This document shows, one piece after another, positions 58,735 through 64,000 of a DNA stretch of 64,000 nt. This DNA comes from Thermodesulfobacteriota bacterium (GTDB lineage Bacteria; Desulfobacterota_D; UBA1144; Nemesobacterales; UBA2774), in the NCBI GenBank assembly GCA_965223335.1, contig OZ244991.1:1216001-1280000 (forward strand), read 5' to 3'. The notes under the pieces are model-generated. The model ran no database searches and had not been told where the DNA came from. It saw only the letters and a list, made by a program, of their open reading frames with translations. A program made the translations under genes and the position numbers. Every line of letters starts with the position of its first letter. The first letter of the stretch is position 1.

Positions 58735-60321
58735 TTAAAATTTAACCTGTGTTAGTGAGATTATGTCAGTGAGGTTAGAGATCTTTTCCATTACATCGTC
58801 GGGCACCGGTGAATCAACGTTTGTGAACACTATGGCTCTGCCCCCAATAGCCTCACGCCCCAAGTGCATTAGCCCTATGTTAACTCCGTTTTCCCCGAGC
58901 ACCGTACACATTGCTCCGATAAACCCGGGTTGGTCATTGTTTTCGCTCACCAATAAATAACCTTTCGGCACCACGTCTATCGACATACCGTTAATACCGA
59001 CGAATCGGGGTTCTTCTTTGCCAAAAATCGAACCGGACACCTGGCTTTCGCCGTCTGTTGTTTTAACCACAATGGTAATCAGGCTGGTGAAGTCCTTGGT
59101 CTTTGAGGATTTGGACTCTATAACCTTAATACCGCGTTCCTTGGCAATTACGGGTGCATTAACATGGCTTACCACAACGTCCATAATCGGCGATAGAAAG
59201 CCCTTTAGTGCAGACACCGTAATAGGAGAGGTGTCGAACTCGGATACCTCGCCGTCGTACTCGATATGGATCTCTTTTACAGCACTCTTGCAAAGCTGGC
59301 CTTGGAGGCTTCCCAGCTTCTCGGCAAGGTTGAGATAGGGTTTCATCTGGTTTAGTAGTTCTAGGCTTAGCGATGGCATATTGACCGCGTTTCTTACCAC
59401 CCCGTTTACCAAGAAGTCGACTATTTGCTCTGCAATGGATATGCCGACTTTAAGCTGTGCCTCTTCGGTGGAAGCCCCAAGGTGCGGGGTATATACAACT
59501 CCCGTTTCAACGTTAAAGAGCGGGTTGTCTTTTTCCGGCGGCTCGCTTACATACACATCCATTGCCGCGCCGCCGATCTTGCCCTGATCAAGTGCCTGGG
59601 CTAGGTCTGCCTCGTTCACAATCCCGCCCCTAGCACAGTTGATTAACAGCACGCCATCTTTCATTTTCTCGAACGTGTCTTTATTAATAAGGTCTTTGGT
59701 GTCGGAGGTAAGGGGTGTGTGAATTGTTATTACGTCTGATTTCTCGAGCAGTTCATCAAGCGTAGCCAGCTCCACTCCCAGGCTCTTAGCTGCCTCTTTG
59801 GTTAAAAACGGGTCGTAAGCAATAACCCTCATTTTAAGGCCCATTGCCCTCTCTGCTACTAATTTGCCGATGTTGCCGAGCCCTATGCAGCCCAGTGTCT
59901 TCCCGTATATTTCAACCCCTTTGAATTTCGAGCGCTCCCAGAGACCCGAAGAAATAGATGAATGGGCTTGGGGGATTCTGCGAGCGAGCGAGAGCATAAG
60001 TGTGATTGTGTGCTCTGCTGTGGTGATGGCGTTTGCCTCGGGGGTATTCATCACAACTATACCTTTTTTAGTGGCCGCCTCTACGTCCACATTATCAACG
60101 CCTATTCCCGCTCTGCCTATCACTTTAAGGTTCACCCCGGCGTCTATGATCTCCGAGGTTACCGTTGTGGCACTTCTTACTACGACAGCGTCAAAATCCT
60201 TAATAATGTCCAGCAGCTCTTCTTTGGAAATCCCTTTCCTAACGTCGACCTCGAGCTCTTTGGCTGATTCAAGCACAGCAAGCCCATCTTTTGCCAGACC
60301 GTCTGTGATTAGTACTTTCAA
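58735..60321 (-). CDS. serA: D-3-phosphoglycerate dehydrogenase (long form with ASB and ACT domains)
   Basis: VRSAT, GRAGIGVDNVD, NCARGG, TPHLGAST.EAQ and ACT motif N.D.PG.IG. GGAGG precedes the TTG at 60321. Confidence 0.96.
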   Translation of the reverse strand: MKVLITDGLAKDGLAVLESAKELEVDVRKGISKEELLDIIKDFDAVVVRSATTVTSEIIDAGVNLKVIGRAGIGVDNVDVEAATKKGIVVMNTPEANAITTAEHTITLMLSLARRIPQAHSSISSGLWERSKFKGVEIYGKTLGCIGLGNIGKLVAERAMGLKMRVIAYDPFLTKEAAKSLGVELATLDELLEKSDVITIHTPLTSDTKDLINKDTFEKMKDGVLLINCARGGIVNEADLAQALDQGKIGGAAMDVYVSEPPEKDNPLFNVETGVVYTPHLGASTEEAQLKVGISIAEQIVDFLVNGVVRNAVNMPSLSLELLNQMKPYLNLAEKLGSLQGQLCKSAVKEIHIEYDGEVSEFDTSPITVSALKGFLSPIMDVVVSHVNAPVIAKERGIKVIESKSSKTKDFTSLITIVVKTTDGESQVSGSIFGKEEPRFVGINGMSIDVVPKGYLLVSENNDQPGFIGAMCTVLGENGVNIGLMHLGREAIGGRAIVFTNVDSPVPDDVMEKISNLTDIISLTQVKF

Positions 60322-60366
60322 TTTTTCCTCCAAGAAAGGTAAAAAGGATGTTCGTAACGGGATAAC

Positions 60367-60395
60367 AATATATGTCAGTCAGTGATTGTTGTCAA
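60367..60395 (-). promoter_or_regulatory. Sigma70 promoter for serA-hisZ-purA
   Basis: TTGACA-17-TATATT. Confidence 0.7.
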
Positions 60396-60528
60396 TTTAC
60401 TCAGAGTCCTGGTGCCTTAATTCTAATTAAGCTCAGAATTTATGCTGATATGGGATTGAAATAATTAGCCTCGAGCCACACCAGGCTAATGGCAGTAAGC
60501 TGTCTGATAGGGTAGTCTTTACGGGCCG

Positions 60529-61299
60529 ATGGAAGAAAAAAAGATGGCTTTTTTGGATCACTTGACGGAGCTTAGGGCTCGGCTGCTTTGGAGTGTGCTG
60601 GTTGTGGTGGTGCTCTTTTTGCCGGCTTATTATTTTTCGGAGCAGATCTTCGAGTTTCTAATGAAGCCTGTGATTGCAAGTCTGCCGGAAGGCAGCTCCC
60701 TTATCTTCACCAAACCAGCCGAAGGGTTTATCACCTATATAAAGGTTGCGTTCTTTGCATCGGTGATTGCGTCGGTGCCTTTCCTGTTGTACCAAGCATG
60801 GGCATTTGTGGCCCCTGCGTTGTACAAGCACGAGAGGCAGATAATTGTGCCATTTATATTCTTTGGATCGCTCTTTTTTGTTATAGGTGCGGCGTTTTGC
60901 TACTACATAGCGGCCCCCCCGGCATTTAAGTTCCTGTTAAACGAGTATTCTTCAGAGTACGTGAAGGCTTTTCCGTCAATTCGGGAGGCGCTCTCGTTTT
61001 TTATGGCTCTTATCTTCGGTTTCGGTCTTGTGTTTGAGTTCCCACTTATTATATTTGTACTCTCGAGAATGGGACTGGTCAGTAGCAGCTGGCTTAGGAC
61101 CAAGCGCAAGTATGCAATTCTGTTAGGTGCTGTTGTTGCCGCTATCTTAACACCGACCACCGATGCGGTTTCGATGATGCTTATGTTTGTGCCTATTATC
61201 GTATTTTACGAACTGGGTATTATAGTGGCTTGGGTTTTCGGGAAAAAGAAAAACACAGAGGAAAGTGAACAGCACGAGGAGGCAGAACCTTTTACTTAA
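60529..61299 (+). CDS. tatC: Twin-arginine translocase subunit TatC
   Basis: HL.ELR.RL, P.E.F, YQ.W.FV.P.LY..E, FG..FE.P, AAILTP..D and YE. Confidence 0.96.
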   Translation: MEEKKMAFLDHLTELRARLLWSVLVVVVLFLPAYYFSEQIFEFLMKPVIASLPEGSSLIFTKPAEGFITYIKVAFFASVIASVPFLLYQAWAFVAPALYKHERQIIVPFIFFGSLFFVIGAAFCYYIAAPPAFKFLLNEYSSEYVKAFPSIREALSFFMALIFGFGLVFEFPLIIFVLSRMGLVSSSWLRTKRKYAILLGAVVAAILTPTTDAVSMMLMFVPIIVFYELGIIVAWVFGKKKNTEESEQHEEAEPFT

Positions 61300-61351
61300 A
61301 TATGTTTTGAGATCTATATAAAAAAGATAATATGTCGAGAGGAGAGATACC

Positions 61352-63070
61352 ATGGCGAAAACTAAATCGGCGAAAAAACCAAAGGATTTACGTCACCCCA
61401 TAACCTATAAACGAGAGAACGGGAAGTTTGATGTCGAGTGGTACCTAAAGCAGGATAGACATAACTGGGTTTTGCCCAAGGTGCTTCGTGTACAGGCAAA
61501 AAAGCTGGGCAAGAAACCTTTTTTACAGTTCGGTTACAAAAAACCACTCAGCTTTTATCAGACAAACCAGCTTGCCAATAAGATAGCAAACGGGCTGCTT
61601 GGACTCGGGTTAGAGAAAGGAGACAAGGTCGCCGTCTATATGCCCAACTCGGACGACTACGTGATTACGTGGTTTGGGATCCTAAAAATGGGTGCTGTGA
61701 TGGTGCCTATAAACACTGCCTACAAGATGGACTTTCTGCAGTACATAATAGACAGCTCTGATTCAAAGGTGCTGTTTATCGCCGAGGAGTACCTGGACCG
61801 GATGCCCCCGATTGCTAAAAAGCTGCCTCAGTTAAAGCATGTGGTGGTGTGGACGCGTAGCGGTGACACCAAGTTTAATCGCCATGGCTATAATTTTAAG
61901 AAGATGGTTTCTTACACAAAGTTTGTCGACTCTCAAAAAAGCGCCGAACCCCCAGTAGATATTACATTTATGGACTATGCAAGGCTTATGTACACCTCGG
62001 GCACAACAGGGCGGTCCAAGGGAGTGGTAAGGCCCTGTGCCGCAGACTATAGCAGTGCAAGGAACTATGCCGAGATAATGGACGTGGGGCCCGATGATGT
62101 GTGTTTTACTTGTCTGCCGCTCTTTCACTCAAACGCAATGGTAATGACCGTATACCCAGCACTCATTAAAGGGGCCAAGGCCTTGGTCGAGGAGCGGTAC
62201 AGCGCCAGTAAGTTTTGGAAGTGGATAAAGGACCATGGGGTTACCAAGTTCAATATTGTAGGGAGCATGGCGTACTTTATGTGGAACACCCCCCCGGTGG
62301 AAGAGGAAAAGACACACAACGTAAAACTGGTTTTGGGCTCGCCCGCCCCCCACGATATAATCGAGGATTTTATGAAGAGGTTTAACATCAAGTTTATGGA
62401 GGGCTACGGACTCACAGAGATCGGGCAGTGTACTTGGATGCGCCCCGGCGAGCCGTTTAGGGTGGGGTCGTGTGGTAAGGAAGCCCCGGGTTATGAGATA
62501 AAAGTGACTGACCCGGAAACAGACGAAGAGGTCGCGAGGGGGGAGATCGGGGAAATTGTGGTAAGGCCTAGGATTCCCAACATAATGCTCCATTACTATC
62601 ATAAGATGCCCGAGAAGACAGTGCAGGATTTTAGAAACTTCTGGTTCCATACCGGTGACGCCGGGCGTATGGACAAGCAGGGTTATATATATTTTGTAGA
62701 CAGGGTCAAGGACTATATACGTCGGCGCGGCGAAAATATAAGTTCTTTTGAGGTCGAGAAGATTGTAAACTCCCACCCTGATGTAGCGGAGTCGGGTACT
62801 GTTGGGGTTAAGGCAGAGGGTGGGGGATATGCCGAGGACGAGGTCATGATCGTCGTTGTACCCGAAAAAGGCAGGAAAATAGACCCGGTTAAGCTCATGA
62901 AGTACCTAGAACCCAAGATGCCCCATTTCATGCTGCCTAGGTTTATCAGGTTTGAAAAATCACTACCTAAGACTGGCACGCAGCGTGTGCAGAAAAACAA
63001 GCTCAGGGAAAAGGGGATTACCAAAGACACATGGGACAGGGAAAAGGCCGGTTACAAGATAAAGCGCTAG
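61352..63070 (+). CDS. AMP-binding acyl-CoA ligase (CaiC-like)
   Basis: YTSGTTGRSKG, PLFH.NA, GYG.TE, FHTGD, DR.KD.IRRRGENISS.EVE and LPKT.T..VQK. Confidence 0.9.
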   Translation: MAKTKSAKKPKDLRHPITYKRENGKFDVEWYLKQDRHNWVLPKVLRVQAKKLGKKPFLQFGYKKPLSFYQTNQLANKIANGLLGLGLEKGDKVAVYMPNSDDYVITWFGILKMGAVMVPINTAYKMDFLQYIIDSSDSKVLFIAEEYLDRMPPIAKKLPQLKHVVVWTRSGDTKFNRHGYNFKKMVSYTKFVDSQKSAEPPVDITFMDYARLMYTSGTTGRSKGVVRPCAADYSSARNYAEIMDVGPDDVCFTCLPLFHSNAMVMTVYPALIKGAKALVEERYSASKFWKWIKDHGVTKFNIVGSMAYFMWNTPPVEEEKTHNVKLVLGSPAPHDIIEDFMKRFNIKFMEGYGLTEIGQCTWMRPGEPFRVGSCGKEAPGYEIKVTDPETDEEVARGEIGEIVVRPRIPNIMLHYYHKMPEKTVQDFRNFWFHTGDAGRMDKQGYIYFVDRVKDYIRRRGENISSFEVEKIVNSHPDVAESGTVGVKAEGGGYAEDEVMIVVVPEKGRKIDPVKLMKYLEPKMPHFMLPRFIRFEKSLPKTGTQRVQKNKLREKGITKDTWDREKAGYKIKR

Positions 63071-63789
63071 TTTTTAAGCTCGGAGTTCTGTGAAACCGGG
63101 TCTAAGTGGTTTATTACTATCATCTCCGTGGCGTTTCGCAGAAACTCAAAGTTTGTGTTTGTGAGCTGGATTTGTAAGTTCGCTAAGTCACGATCCTGTA
63201 TAAGTCGGTCGACATAGTTAGACCGTATACCCTGAAGATTAACTATGGGATATATTCTGATCTCTCTACTTGTTATACGTAGCAGTTCCAAAACACTTCG
63301 CTTGTGAAAATCATAGTCCAGGTCATCTTCGTATAGAAAAAGCAGGTGAGAGACCAGTGTTATTGTATAGGTCTTTTTGCATAGCCCTGTGTCGGGAAGT
63401 GAAGAATTAATATAGTTGGCAGGTTCGTCTCTATAATGCTCCAGAAACAGTCTACGCGCATCCCGGCGATATTCCCCGAGCTTATCTAAGTTTTTATAAA
63501 AGCCCCAGTTGTACATGTGTTTGAGACTCGACATCTGGGCCATCACGTTTATTAGGTCGGTTTTGCTCTTATCCTTAATTTTATTCATGGGGTGGGCATA
63601 TATGGGGTCAAGTGCTGTAGCGTTAAGCCCCTGTGCCCGGGCTTCGGCACAGAAAGAGCTTACCCCGGCACCTACGTCTAGAATTTTTTCGCCCTCTAAT
63701 TCATCTGTGTTGAGTCCGAAGAACCACGAGTATTCCGAGTAGGTTCTGCCGATGAGCGCAACATCATCAAGCACAAGCGCATCTCTCAT
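63067..63789 (-). CDS. Class I SAM-dependent methyltransferase-like protein
   Basis: GR...EY...F.L, ILDVGAG.SSF, DP.Y, SH.LFLY, E..R and E.RI.P. The ATG at 63789 is preferred over the AT-rich upstream extension. Confidence 0.75.
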   Translation of the reverse strand: MRDALVLDDVALIGRTYSEYSWFFGLNTDELEGEKILDVGAGVSSFCAEARAQGLNATALDPIYAHPMNKIKDKSKTDLINVMAQMSSLKHMYNWGFYKNLDKLGEYRRDARRLFLEHYRDEPANYINSSLPDTGLCKKTYTITLVSHLLFLYEDDLDYDFHKRSVLELLRITSREIRIYPIVNLQGIRSNYVDRLIQDRDLANLQIQLTNTNFEFLRNATEMIVINHLDPVSQNSELKN

Positions 63790-64000
63790 GATTCGTTCGA
63801 TTATGAGCAATATTATGTAAAACTCAACTGAAACGTATCGCGTGTGTTTCTTTTCGCATGAACAAATAAGTTGTATAATCAGCCAGAGTTTATTACTTAG
63901 TTTTATTACTTGGGGGGAGGTAATAGATATGAAACTGGAAAATGAAAAGGGGTTGAAATACATATTGTATACATCCACAAAATATAAAATGTTCAATTTT

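Noticed and set aside
60464..60490. ATTAGCCT-N11-AGGCTAAT inverted repeat before tatC
   Set aside because: Single 8-bp stem that does not match CIRCE and has no second copy; too little support.
63790..63996. 69-aa N-terminal extension of the methyltransferase-like ORF
   Set aside because: AT-rich, intergenic-like composition; family-like sequence begins at Met 63789.

Overview
A 64-kb stretch of bacterial chromosome, densely coding and mostly housekeeping. I found no integrase, transposase, prophage or CRISPR array. Gene order (serA-hisZ-purA, PIN/TRAM-ispD-ispF) suggests a deltaproteobacteria-like lineage, possibly Ca. Dadabacteria; this is a tentative inference only. Content: Kef K+ efflux pair, Get3/ArsA-HSP20 ATPase, M23 peptidase + bactofilin, SCO + PCuAC, tRNA-Met, msrB, trxA, class II RNR (nrdJ) with two NrdR boxes, a sigma-70 paralogue, SOD, comEC, ispDF, purB/purA, a DsbA-like protein, divergent-type gshA, Rrf2-sufBCD-Rieske, lgt, trkA, ribF, aroE, dnaJ, phoH, hisZ, serA, tatC and an acyl-CoA ligase. 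The best candidate for an undescribed system is a three-gene module at 12118-14917. It encodes a Cys-containing MarR, an SDR whose catalytic YxxxK reads YxxxM, and a cytoplasmic QueG/reductive-dehalogenase-like cobalamin/Fe-S protein fused to an SCP2 lipid-binding domain. A shared 18-bp palindrome sits before both marR and the SDR. Also notable are two promoter-plus-terminator sRNA candidates (one with tandem anti-Shine-Dalgarno motifs), an unannotated 48-aa tail-anchored-like protein divergent from the Get3-like ATPase, a probable ATT start codon and a ComEC with a degenerate nuclease domain. All family calls come from motifs recognised by eye; no searches were run.
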